Below are positions 23,443 to 34,084 of a stretch of DNA of 64,000 bases, piece after piece. Below the pieces are notes generated by a model. The model was given only the letters and a program-made list of their open reading frames with translations. It was not told where the DNA came from and searched no databases. Location of the stretch: positions 1 through 64,000 of the IMG/VR virus record IMGVR_UViG_2832702071_000001; one strand, given 5' to 3'. The DNA comes from a virus (taxonomy: Duplodnaviria; Caudoviricetes). Position 1 is the stretch's first letter; each line of letters opens with the position of its first letter. The translations under genes and the position numbers were made by a program.

Positions 23443-25536
23443 ATAAAATCAATCCTCCTTATATTTATAGTGAGTTTTATTTTAATGATATGTAGTAACG
23501 CCATAGACATCTGCTCGAGAGCGTTGAGCGTAGATGTCTGTACTACTAGTATCAAAATAATATAAGTGTTCTTTTTCAACTAATTTAATAATTTTTCCAG
23601 TATCTTCACCCAGAGACTTTAATACAGCAATCAACTTACCAATATCTTTGTTAAATTTGTCTCCCACGCTACACTTCGACACACCTACCTTAGCTTTACC
23701 ACCCAGCACTCCCGCAAAAATAATTTGTTTTGAATTTTTATCAATGTTAAATTTAAAATCAGAAAACTCACTAAGCTTAATTCCTAATTGCTTTTTAACA
23801 TATTTTAAATCTTCTCGCCGCTGCTCATATTGTTCCTTTACTTTCAATGCTTCCTCATATTGTTTTTGATTAGGTATTTTCATTAATTATCGATCTCCTT
23901 TTTTAATTTATTAAATAGTTAAGTTATAAAATGTCCCTTGATCATTATATGGTAGAATTTGAAAGATAATATCGAATTCTGATGGGTCAACTCCGTTAAG
24001 TGAAAAATCGTGCTTGTTTACTATTTGTGCCACAGGAATATCAACCATAAACTCTACATCTGCTTCGCACTCATACATTCTTGCTAATCCGTACCCTACA
24101 ATCTTGCATGGTATAATACCGTTTCCGCCTATCTCAACTGTCTCCTTATTCTTGCTTAGTGCTACTTCATAATCTGAACGTGTAGAATCTTGTTTACTCA
24201 TAAACTTCAGCAAATCAATATCCAATAGAGCATCTTTGACCATTAGATATGAGGTATTTCTATCGCTATCTTGTACTAGCTTGTTTTCAACAGATGAATG
24301 TATTTTTGTAATCAGATCTCCATTTTCATTAAATACGTGAAAATCAATTACATCTTTTATTCCATATTTCATTAATTATCGAACTCCTTTTAATTTAAAA
24401 TCCAGATTTTATTGCAAAATAAATTAATGTGATTTGTATAAGTCCACCAACTAGGGTTGACCAAAAATTGTACTTGTCGTCTCGTGGCTCACCATGTTTA
24501 GCTAAATGAATACCCAGACTAAGCAAATATAAGGCTATGACTGCCAAGAACCATCCGTTCAATTGCTTCACCTCCTTTTAAAATAAGCTTAATCTTAGCC
24601 TTCGTTATACACTTCATTTAAATCTTGAGAGATACTAATTGCGCCATCTAACAATTCATCTAGAAGTAATCCCACTTCTGCTGCACTCATCCCTTCCTCT
24701 AGTTGTTTGTCATAGAGGAATTCACCAATTCTTTTAATAGCTTCGATATCTGAATTAATCAATTTATTTATTTCATATGAATACAAATTTTAACCTCCTA
24801 TCCTATTCCATCTCAAACTTGGCTTTCCATAATGATTTAAATCTAAAATATCCTCTAAAGATTGAATTTCTGATATTAGAGCAGCTTCTTTTTTTAGTGA
24901 AGCAACTTCTTCTTCTTTTGTTTGACTACTGTTAAGTCTTTCATTTTGAATCTTATGTAGTTCGTTTTCATATTCAACTAATAGTTGACCATAGTTTTTC
25001 ATAAAACAATTCCTTTTACATATTCATCTAACTCTTGATCGGTTTCAACTTGTTTGATAAACATAAACTTGGGTGAATATAAATCAATCTTATTATTAGA
25101 CAATACCTCTAGCCCATAGCCGAGTTGTTGTAGGGTTTTAATATTTTCATCTCTTGTTGACATTTAAAACACTCCTTTCATATTTGTACTTCTAATTCTT
25201 TCTGTGAGACCTTTTATATTGCTCAAAGGAACAATTGTTAAAAATATTTGTTTTAACGTCCATTCGAAGGTTTAAGGCTAAATTAAAAGCCATCTGCCTC
25301 AAGATGTACAATATATAACCAAATAAAATCACGATTTTATCTCTTCCCATCTATTATTTACTTGATCTAATTTATGTAATTTTTTAAAAGGATCGACTTG
25401 AAACATTAACCTGTAAAAATGGAAAGCATCTTCAACCGAGTGACAACTTGTGTGACCATCTGCATAAGTTAACATGTATTTTTCCAATTAAACTTCTCCT
25501 TTTATATTAAATTATAATTATATTTATGTCAAGAAA

Positions 25537-27462
25537 TTATTTTAATCCTTTTAATATATGTGCTATTACATCTACCGTCCAACCGTCTCCCAACATATTG
25601 TATCTATGTGAATCAGCCACACCTTCTGTATATCCTTCTGGAACAGTCTGTAGCCTTTCATATTCTAATGGCGTTAATTTTCTAGGCTTGCCGTTTTGGA
25701 ATACTTTCTTTTGTAAGTTCCCACCTCTACAAGCTGTCAATGTAGGTGACTTTTGATCTAACCCATAAACCCTTTTCAGAATATCATGACCGTTAATATG
25801 TAATGTAACAACAGGTCTTTTTTCTTCTCCGTGGTAAGTAAATTCTTGTTCATACCAATACTTGTCTTCTACATCATCTTTGTTTTGTACTATGTCTCTT
25901 AAGAATAGATTTTTATCGTTTGGCTGCGTAACATTCGGTATATTAGTCCAGTAATATCTCTTTCTGTCTTGTGCAGAAACCAATGCTGAATTAATCATAA
26001 CTGGCTCAACATTCAACGTCTCAGTGATAATATCTCTATCTTCATTTTTCATACTTTCAACATTTTCAAATAAGAAATACTGTGGCTTTGTTATTTCTAG
26101 CACTCTTACATATTCATAAAATAAACTAGACTTTTCTCCCTTCAACCCTTGATTATGCTTAATGTTGTTGATGACAGACCTACTTAAATTTTGACAGTTA
26201 TGCACCGCTGTAATCGGTAAACAATACGAATTATCTTCTTCTACTTCAAAATTATAAACATCTAAGTTTTTTATGCTTTCTTTATTTATTTTTCTAAGTT
26301 TATAAAAGACGTAGTCATTAGTAAAATAAGCATATTTGTTGTCAGTTTTCTTTTTATACAACGCATAAGATGCCAACGCATTAACTTCTCTTCCCTCTAT
26401 TGTGCATATTCTTTCATAGTCCGATTGTGACAAAGAATACAATTTCTTTTCAGTCTTTAATAATAGACGCTGCAATCCTTCTAGTAGCGTTTTTGAAGTT
26501 GATGAGTATCTGATTTTTTCATCATTATCTTCGCCATCTCCATTTTTATATCCGTCTACAAAAGACTTAGCCAAGTTAATAGGAAGATTTTGAACAAATT
26601 CTGGTATAAATTTTTCACTTGCCCTTGTCCCATTAGTAAACTTCTTTACAAACATCCAATATTCTTTCGAACCAAAGGTAATCTTATTGCATGTTTTATA
26701 TTTTTCGATTCTATAATGAATACCTAACGATTTTAACACTGGAATTATAAATTTTGATTTCTTATCTGTGACGGCAAGAAAAATTCTATATGTGTTTCTG
26801 CTATTCTTCCCATTTCTTTTATCTCTAGTCCATCCTTCTGCCAACCAATATCCAATCAATTTCCAAAAACACTCTTTATCTAACGGAAGATTTGTGGTTG
26901 CAGTTTCACTAATATATTGATTAATTATTTTCTTATAAGTAATCTGGTTGGGTATTAAAGATTCTTTATTTAAAGGCATAGACAGATAATCGTTAACCGT
27001 TAGCTCTTTTGCTTGAACCCAACCTCTTTGTGTATAAAATGGATGTTCATCTGTTGCCTCTATTTCAAAGTTATAGTAAGTTGGTCTAATTTTATATAAT
27101 TCACCACTGTATATTCGTCGCATTGGTGTGACGACTTTTTTGTATCTTCCTTTATGAGTTAATACAAGTTCTCCCCTTTTAACTTCTTCAATATTTTTTA
27201 ATCCATTATAAGAGATTATTTTCTGACCTTTAGGAAAACAAGGCGAGCCTCCCATCAACAATCCAATATTGGCAGACTCGAGATGTTTATCTTTAACTTC
27301 TCGTACATCTCCAATTTGGATTGTGTTGGGGTAATTTTTCTGTGTGACTTTAATACTATTCTTATTTATCTCACTAGCGTAGTAATTATCTACTTTTATT
27401 CCCGCTCTCTCCAATGCTATTTGACCACAACTCATCCCATCAAATAAACTTAAAACGTTCAT
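25537..27462 (-). CDS. DNA (cytosine-5)-methyltransferase with an intein
   Basis: Motif I LSLFDGMSCG, motif IV GGSP|CQ, FENV, QDRKR, LTPLEYERLQ, GDGW. Confidence 0.92.
   Translation of the reverse strand: MNVLSLFDGMSCGQIALERAGIKVDNYYASEINKNSIKVTQKNYPNTIQIGDVREVKDKHLESANIGLLMGGSPCFPKGQKIISYNGLKNIEEVKRGELVLTHKGRYKKVVTPMRRIYSGELYKIRPTYYNFEIEATDEHPFYTQRGWVQAKELTVNDYLSMPLNKESLIPNQITYKKIINQYISETATTNLPLDKECFWKLIGYWLAEGWTRDKRNGKNSRNTYRIFLAVTDKKSKFIIPVLKSLGIHYRIEKYKTCNKITFGSKEYWMFVKKFTNGTRASEKFIPEFVQNLPINLAKSFVDGYKNGDGEDNDEKIRYSSTSKTLLEGLQRLLLKTEKKLYSLSQSDYERICTIEGREVNALASYALYKKKTDNKYAYFTNDYVFYKLRKINKESIKNLDVYNFEVEEDNSYCLPITAVHNCQNLSRSVINNIKHNQGLKGEKSSLFYEYVRVLEITKPQYFLFENVESMKNEDRDIITETLNVEPVMINSALVSAQDRKRYYWTNIPNVTQPNDKNLFLRDIVQNKDDVEDKYWYEQEFTYHGEEKRPVVTLHINGHDILKRVYGLDQKSPTLTACRGGNLQKKVFQNGKPRKLTPLEYERLQTVPEGYTEGVADSHRYNMLGDGWTVDVIAHILKGLK
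26197..27240 (-). mobile_element. Intein (348 aa) with LAGLIDADG endonuclease
   Basis: Starts CFPKG; block B ATDEHPF; LIGYWLAEG and FVDGYKNGDG; ends VYNFEVEEDNSY...VHN followed by Cys+1. Confidence 0.93.
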
Positions 27463-27502
27463 TTAATTCCACCTTTTATATTAAATTATAATTATATTTA
27501 TG

Positions 27503-28564
27503 TCAAGGAAATACGGGGAAACAATATTTATTATATAACTGTTCCCATATTTCTCGTGTTTGATCAACGGGCGAGTTTTTCCCGACTAATAAATCATTTT
27601 TATCGTAAATGGCATACACATTACTACTCATACCAAAAACTTTTGCCATCTGCTTGATTTCACTCACCTTAATTCCTTTGTCATAAGCTAAAATAATTTT
27701 TAAATCAGGCATAATTCTTTTTACAATTTCCGCCTGAACCTTTGTAATATCTAATCCCATTTGAGACACAGTGTTGTTTATCCCAAACTGCCACGCCTTA
27801 ATTGGTGATTTTTCCGACTCAAATAATATTATTTCTTTATCCCTTTTTATATAAGGAAGTGATCTATGTAAATTATACAATTCCTTTGATTTTTGGAACG
27901 CATATATTGGTAGATATTTGTAGTTTCCCATATCCTCTTCTTTTGTCGCTCTACCTTTAACCCCTACTAACATACCTGCTTTATCTCGAATGGGTATAGT
28001 TATTCTTTCTGTTTGTACATCAAAACCTATTTCAAACTCTTTATTTGCAACGGTAGTTATGCCATCATCCACAAATATTTGATGTGGTTCATTTACAAAT
28101 TGATCAAGTACCGATTCAGGCAATATAGGATTGGGTTCAATTTCATCTAAATTTATCTGGTTGTTTCTTTTCTTTTGAATTTTTTTTAACCATGCGTTAG
28201 GATCATTCCTTGTTCGAACATTATCGCCTTTAAAATTATCTAAATTTAAGGTTTTAATTATGTATTGCTTAGATAACCCTAATATCTGGTTAAATTCTTC
28301 CGTTGTTTTTTTGCCATATTTTATATAGCTAACTAGATCAAATATATCTCTAATTGGTATATGCATTTTTGATCTAACTACCGCCGATAGCCCTTCACTC
28401 AACTTGACTTGTACAGCCCTGTTATTGTCTCCATCAGGTCTTCTAGCTTCAACTCTATCGTTGCTAGATGTTGAATAGTTGACCTCACACCCGATGCTCT
28501 CTAAAAGTTGAGGTACTAAACCGCAATTATATATTTCTTCTTTGATTGCTTCTAAGTCATTCAA
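27503..28564 (-). CDS. DnaG-type primase (YorJ-like)
   Basis: RITIPIRD..G.LVGVKGR and a TOPRIM-like FESEKS...AYD. Confidence 0.85.
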   Translation of the reverse strand: MNDLEAIKEEIYNCGLVPQLLESIGCEVNYSTSSNDRVEARRPDGDNNRAVQVKLSEGLSAVVRSKMHIPIRDIFDLVSYIKYGKKTTEEFNQILGLSKQYIIKTLNLDNFKGDNVRTRNDPNAWLKKIQKKRNNQINLDEIEPNPILPESVLDQFVNEPHQIFVDDGITTVANKEFEIGFDVQTERITIPIRDKAGMLVGVKGRATKEEDMGNYKYLPIYAFQKSKELYNLHRSLPYIKRDKEIILFESEKSPIKAWQFGINNTVSQMGLDITKVQAEIVKRIMPDLKIILAYDKGIKVSEIKQMAKVFGMSSNVYAIYDKNDLLVGKNSPVDQTREIWEQLYNKYCFPVFP

Positions 28565-28580
28565 TTAACATCCCCTTCCT

Positions 28581-30065
28581 CTACATACCAGAAGGTGCGA
28601 TTGGTTTCATTTCAGCATATGCAACTTCTTTTATTTCATTAAAGTCATAATTAATCTCAAAGATAATTTGTTTAGATGCAGATCCCAATCTGTTTTTACC
28701 AAAAAACAGGATTAGATATTCTTTCTTGGGATCTAATGTGTATTCTTTTTCATCCCATTTCCCAAAAGGATTTTTAGCATAATTAAACGCTCTGATTGAA
28801 TTTTTTCCACCTTCATATTCATCAGCAAATAACAATCTCCCTAGCATTGTATAGTCGGCAACTTCTACAACCTCTTTTGATTTACCAACAGAGTCGTGAT
28901 CAAGAAACCTTCCTATTCTCCCGATCTTTAATTGAAGAGTGGCTAATGTTCCAATATTTAAATTTTCTTCTTTTACTAAGTCATACAAATCTTGTGCGTT
29001 TGAACCAAAAACTTGCCAACGTGCCATGTCCGTTTCAGATCCATCAGGTTTAAATGTATCGAGAATCATATGTGTTATTCCATGCGCTTTATAATATTCG
29101 ACCCAATTTAATACATCTTCAAATCGAAACTTTTTCAATATTGCCAATTTGAGCATATTAGGTCTGTGTTCCAACAGCCAATCAGCAGCCTCATTAAGTA
29201 CGCTATCTACATAGTCATCCCAATTACCTTCAAATATTTTGTCTCTACTAATTCTCTTATCTAATACATATGTTGCAACGACAGATAATAAAGATAAACG
29301 CCATGCTGATTTAGACTCTTCATTTATAAAAACTAACCCCTTCTTATTTTGGGTTATAAGCGTCATGACAAATAGTGCTCTTGCTATAGTTGATTTACCA
29401 ACACCACTTGGAAGCACTAAGTAGCCCATCTTTCCTTCTTTCCAGCCTTTCAAGGTTTTGGTTAATCTCGGTGCATGGAAGATTGGAACACCCATATTAA
29501 CACCTTTTCTAGCTTCTTTAATATCTTCGTATATATCATCATCTACCAAATCAACAAATTCAATTTGACCAGAGTTAACATTTTTAAAGCCGTGCTTAAA
29601 CTTATGATTAAAGAAAGTTTGCACGTTTTTTAGTGATCCCTTGGCTAGTTTCTCAACTAACTTCTCGTTAGACGTATCAATCAAGCCTTCACTTTCTAAA
29701 CTTCTTAATGATTCGTATTTTTGAATTTCGCTCAGGTGGTATTCTTCATTATTCTTTTCTGATTCACACCATTCTTTAACATATCCGACAGTATCATATC
29801 CGCCATATTCATCAAATTTACTTTTAACCTTTCCATTCGCCTGTGATGTAATAAACGATATAGTAGTCTCTTCATCAAATGTTCTTACCCCTGAGTTCCA
29901 CATTGTTTCACCGAGTCTATAGTAAAAATACCATAGTTTACTAGTGAACGTTTTAGATGTAATATCATGTGCTTTGTATTTTCGATACAAAACAGGATTA
30001 TTCCACATAAATCCAACCAACAATTGTTCATGTGTTTCAGAAGGTTCAATAAATTCTTTAATTAT
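28581..30065 (-). CDS. DnaB-like replicative helicase (YorI-like)
   Basis: Walker A PSGVGKST, Walker B ILD, KNRLG. The frame extends to an ATA 7 nt after GAGGTG. Confidence 0.85.
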   Translation of the reverse strand: MIKEFIEPSETHEQLLVGFMWNNPVLYRKYKAHDITSKTFTSKLWYFYYRLGETMWNSGVRTFDEETTISFITSQANGKVKSKFDEYGGYDTVGYVKEWCESEKNNEEYHLSEIQKYESLRSLESEGLIDTSNEKLVEKLAKGSLKNVQTFFNHKFKHGFKNVNSGQIEFVDLVDDDIYEDIKEARKGVNMGVPIFHAPRLTKTLKGWKEGKMGYLVLPSGVGKSTIARALFVMTLITQNKKGLVFINEESKSAWRLSLLSVVATYVLDKRISRDKIFEGNWDDYVDSVLNEAADWLLEHRPNMLKLAILKKFRFEDVLNWVEYYKAHGITHMILDTFKPDGSETDMARWQVFGSNAQDLYDLVKEENLNIGTLATLQLKIGRIGRFLDHDSVGKSKEVVEVADYTMLGRLLFADEYEGGKNSIRAFNYAKNPFGKWDEKEYTLDPKKEYLILFFGKNRLGSASKQIIFEINYDFNEIKEVAYAEMKPIAPSGM

Positions 30066-30076
30066 AACTAATCACC

Positions 30077-30697
30077 TCATAACATATCTGAAATGTCTTG
30101 TTCGTCCTCTTTTTCCTTATAAGCAAATGAATCAAAACTGTAATCTTGCGTTTGTGTTACATCTTTCTTCATTCTTTTTTGTGATTCTTTTCGAAGATAT
30201 CTTTTATACACATCTTCTATAACGTCCGCTATGTAGTAGTGTAAAACAAAAGATAGGAATCTTCCCGTCGTTCCGTCCCATTGTTGACTCTTCCACCTAA
30301 TCATGTTTTCTCTTTCTAAGTATGCGTCCCTAATAACTAGATATGGATAACCTTGCCTAGATTTTTTTGCATCTCGTTTTTTATATCCAATTGCTGCATT
30401 GCCATTTCTAATTCTTTGAATCAATCCCATAAACGACTCTGGTATTTTATCTACATCAAATATCCTTTTCATTTCATCATATAGAGCATCTAAGTCTCTA
30501 TTCTCTTGTTGAATTTTGTCATAGCAAGATTTGTGATATCTGACATTAACGTTATAAACATCTCCTTTTTTCCACTTTCCATCTTTGTGATTAGATTTTC
30601 TCGTGTACTCCTTCTTCTCTAAAACTAAATTTTCAGGATCTTCTTTAACTCCACAATATTTACATTTAAATTTTTGAGCCATTCTTCGTACCACCAC
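30077..30697 (-). CDS. Zn-finger replication-associated protein (YorH-position gene)
   Basis: CKYC...YHKSC; directly upstream of the helicase gene. Confidence 0.45.
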   Translation of the reverse strand: MVVRRMAQKFKCKYCGVKEDPENLVLEKKEYTRKSNHKDGKWKKGDVYNVNVRYHKSCYDKIQQENRDLDALYDEMKRIFDVDKIPESFMGLIQRIRNGNAAIGYKKRDAKKSRQGYPYLVIRDAYLERENMIRWKSQQWDGTTGRFLSFVLHYYIADVIEDVYKRYLRKESQKRMKKDVTQTQDYSFDSFAYKEKEDEQDISDML

Positions 30698-30714
30698 CTC
30701 AAATCTATCCGATA

Positions 30715-31320
30715 TTATATAATTTCTTGAATTTTTTTGATTGACTTGTTGTATCTTTTTCTTGCTGCTACCTTTGAAACCCCAAGCTTTTCCCCAATTT
30801 CTTCATATGTGTAATAATTACACCTCATATTTACGACGAGTTTAGATTTACTATCTAAGCATCGCATCAAGTCATTCGCAAAAATGAGATCATCTTTATT
30901 ATCATGTGTTTTATAATTTAAGGACAACACATCTCCAAATGTTTTATTGCTCGATCTGTTCCGTCTTTCGTTGGTGCTTTTAATTTTCTTCTGTGTTCGT
31001 ATCCTATCTTCGGTTGTAAACTCACATGGATACTTAATAATCTGATTCCTGCCAAGAGCATTAAGCATGGCAAATTTAATATTGTTATACGCATATGTAG
31101 AAAATTTAGTATTCATATTACTTTTATATTTTAAATACGAACTATATAAAGCAAGCATACCTTCTTGCAACATATCCTCTTCTGTTAAGCCAGACAAGGC
31201 GTTTTTCTTATCTTGTAACCTTTTGTCACCACGTTGAAACTCTTTATTGTAAACATGGTAAACTAAGTTTTTGTATTTCTTAATAAATTCATTTTTATTT
31301 AACTCATTCATATAATTCAA
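30715..31320 (-). CDS. Sigma-70 family sigma factor-like protein
   Basis: Region 2-like EDMLQEGMLAL...KFSTYAY and region 4 HTH TYEEIGEKLGVS. Confidence 0.8.
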   Translation of the reverse strand: MNYMNELNKNEFIKKYKNLVYHVYNKEFQRGDKRLQDKKNALSGLTEEDMLQEGMLALYSSYLKYKSNMNTKFSTYAYNNIKFAMLNALGRNQIIKYPCEFTTEDRIRTQKKIKSTNERRNRSSNKTFGDVLSLNYKTHDNKDDLIFANDLMRCLDSKSKLVVNMRCNYYTYEEIGEKLGVSKVAARKRYNKSIKKIQEII

Positions 31321-31702
31321 ATCCTTTATAAATTATGAAAAACAGTATTATCATTAACTATCAACAACCGTAATTATACACAGTCCTTCCCAACTCTCTT
31401 ACAGTGATCATATCCGCCTTTTTACTAATCAGAAATCCAAAAGTATCATCAATCTCTGAATCAAATATAAATGCGTAACCGCTATAATCTTCCCAATTCT
31501 CCATTTTTGAAAAAACGACAACATGAGATTTTTGCTTACATCGTTCTCTATTGGTTAGGAATTGTTTAGCGGCAGCCCTTTCACTACGCAAGTAATTAAC
31601 TAACTCTTCTTGTAGATTCATACATCATCTTCTTTCTAAGTTATTATTTAAATCGTTTTTATATTAAATTATAATTATTAAATTGTCAAGAGATTTTTTG
31701 TT

Positions 31703-32104
31703 TTATTTACTTGTTTGTAACTCAACATCGGGAATAATCGACTCAGGTCTAAATAACACCTTATAGTGAAAAGGGTCTTCGTATTTTGCATCAGTTTGTT
31801 CTACAAAATAACTAACGTTGTCACTTAATCCTAAATAGTGCTTTTTATATTTCTCATCTCCAGTTTTGCAAGTAACAGAAATCTCTTCTTTGCTGTCTAT
31901 GTTTATTGAACACAATCCCTCCACAGTTAATAGGTACTTATCCGTAATACCATTAAAGAAAACCACTCTTCTTTGCACATCAAATGAGTCTGCCGATTTT
32001 GACAAGTTGTGAGACACAGTATCAGCTTCTGTACACGCTGATAAGACAGTCACCATTATGATTAAAATAATAAATAAATATCCTTTTTTCAATTTTACAT
32101 CCAC
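31703..32104 (-). CDS. Phage lipoprotein
   Basis: Signal peptide with LSAC lipobox; RRVVFFNGITDKYLL segment typical of a widespread phage family. Confidence 0.7.
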   Translation of the reverse strand: MDVKLKKGYLFIILIIMVTVLSACTEADTVSHNLSKSADSFDVQRRVVFFNGITDKYLLTVEGLCSINIDSKEEISVTCKTGDEKYKKHYLGLSDNVSYFVEQTDAKYEDPFHYKVLFRPESIIPDVELQTSK

Positions 32105-32140
32105 CTTTTTAATATTTTATTTTCGATTGCAATGTTAAGT

Positions 32141-32551
32141 CTAACTATTGTCATCCTCATAATTATCATTGCCGACAATCTCTATCTCTTGGTGAACTTC
32201 CGAAAGGTCTTCACAAATGTTGTCCCATTCGTAAACAAATTTACCCTCATCAAACTTAACAACTCCGTAAATCTCGTTATGATCATCCCATCCGATATCT
32301 GATTCATAAATCTCTGTTCCGTTCTTATCTTTTAATCCTGTACATTGACCGACAGATTCAGGCACAACAGGCATCCAAAATTCATGAACAATATATTCTG
32401 GGTCTGTTTCAACTAAATCACCAACAACGTAAGGTTTACTTCCGTTTTGGATTAAATTGCCGACAAACCACCCGTTATCATGCTCAAAGTGTTCATTGTC
32501 CAAATCACTGATCGTCATTTTTGACTTACCTCTAAACTTAATCTCTCTCAT
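32141..32551 (-). CDS. yopX: YopX family protein
   Basis: MREIKFRG...VGQCTGLKDKNGTEIYESD...EIVGN. Confidence 0.88.
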   Translation of the reverse strand: MREIKFRGKSKMTISDLDNEHFEHDNGWFVGNLIQNGSKPYVVGDLVETDPEYIVHEFWMPVVPESVGQCTGLKDKNGTEIYESDIGWDDHNEIYGVVKFDEGKFVYEWDNICEDLSEVHQEIEIVGNDNYEDDNS

Positions 32552-33505
32552 TCCGTTTCCTCCTATTTTCCATCCTACTCTAATATTTTTCGTGATCACA
32601 ATGCAATACAAATTGTATAAAGCTGATTAGTATTATCGCTAGATAATCCTAATGGGATTTAGTCTGTATGCTCCATAACTACTTTTAAATAATCCTTATA
32701 ATTCATCTTTTCTACCTCTTTTCCGACAACTTCTGATTCATTTTTAACACTGAAGAACCACCGATCACCTAACCACTGTGACCCTTTTGCATTATTCATC
32801 CCTAGTACATCCATTCTTTTAAAAGGATCGTTATTTTTTTCAACTTCTTTCAATATTTCACTAAAAATATCAAAATATTTAGATCGCTTTTTGAAAATAT
32901 AAACACCATTTTTATCAGAGTTCTTTTTCAACTCATCTTTGTATGCTTCGTAATCATCCGATTCTCCTTGAACACCAAAATGTTCATCGTGATAATAAGC
33001 AAATCCATTATCTTTGAAATAAGTAGAGTTAATTTTCTTAAAAAACTCTTTTCTTTTTCTTTCTCTCTCAATCGTATTTTTATACCACTTAGAATCTTGT
33101 TTTACTTCAAAAACTGGTGAATCTAATGTTTGCATTTTCAATTCCTCCTAAAATTGCTTAACTCATATTTTAATTGCCTTCTTCTTAAATTGTTATTTAT
33201 TTCGTACTTTTATATTAAATTATAATTATATTTTTGTCAAGATAAAAAGAATATTTTATTTTGTGTTATTTTGAGAATACTTATAAATTTCCTTCTTATA
33301 ATCCTCAATAATTTCTTCCCAATATTTAATATGCCATAGATGCAGGTTTAACTTAGTTGTTTTCTTGGTATACTTTGCCAACATCTTATAATAATTTAGA
33401 TTGTTTTCCATATTATCTAAAACTCTTCGCTGTAAATCACTCATCTTTCCTCTCATTTCTCACCAAACCTTATTAAATAATTTTTAATATAGGATACACC
33501 TTATA

Positions 33506-34084
33506 CTAAATTACTTGTAATTGCGTAAAGTCGATCTTCTTTCCTTTTTGAAATACAAAATGAGCGTATTCAATTGAGTCGGTCTTTCCGTTATCAGTAA
33601 AACTCATTCTTCGGTTATGTACAAAACAATATTTTGGCAGTCCGATCTCATTCCACAACTTCATTCTTTTCTTGTTACCAAAGAAGTTTAATCTTAACAG
33701 CATAATCACAAATCCTTCATTTTGAACGTCATTTAATGCTTTTCTAATAAATTGCTCGGCTAACAAAAATGGTGGATTACTTATAATTGCCCTAGGCTTT
33801 TTTGGCAATTTTGTCTCTAGATAATCGCATTTAAACTCTGCCAATGAATCCTCTCGAATATCAAAAGTATTTATATCCAATCCATCTACACCAACTTGTT
33901 TCAGTGCCTCTGGATAACTCATTAGATGATCTTTGTCACCACCTGAACATGGGTCAATAATTAATCCATCAAATGCATCCGGTTCATGTTTAATGAATTC
34001 TTTTAAAAAATCATCAATTTTCTCAATAGGTGTTACATAATAGTCTGAAACGTGTCTGTCATATCCTCTACTTGTACTACTCAA
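33506..34084 (-). CDS. Orphan amino (N6-adenine/N4-cytosine) DNA methyltransferase
   Basis: Motifs DYYVTP, IDPCSGG, ISNPPF, MLLRLNF. Confidence 0.8.
   Translation of the reverse strand: MSSTSRGYDRHVSDYYVTPIEKIDDFLKEFIKHEPDAFDGLIIDPCSGGDKDHLMSYPEALKQVGVDGLDINTFDIREDSLAEFKCDYLETKLPKKPRAIISNPPFLLAEQFIRKALNDVQNEGFVIMLLRLNFFGNKKRMKLWNEIGLPKYCFVHNRRMSFTDNGKTDSIEYAHFVFQKGKKIDFTQLQVI

Noticed and set aside
25002-25018. TAAAA-N7-TTTTA site, and weak matches near 10690, 23470, 24578, 31337 and 57611
   Set aside because: Wrong spacer length or too many mismatches for AT-rich DNA; excluded from the counts.
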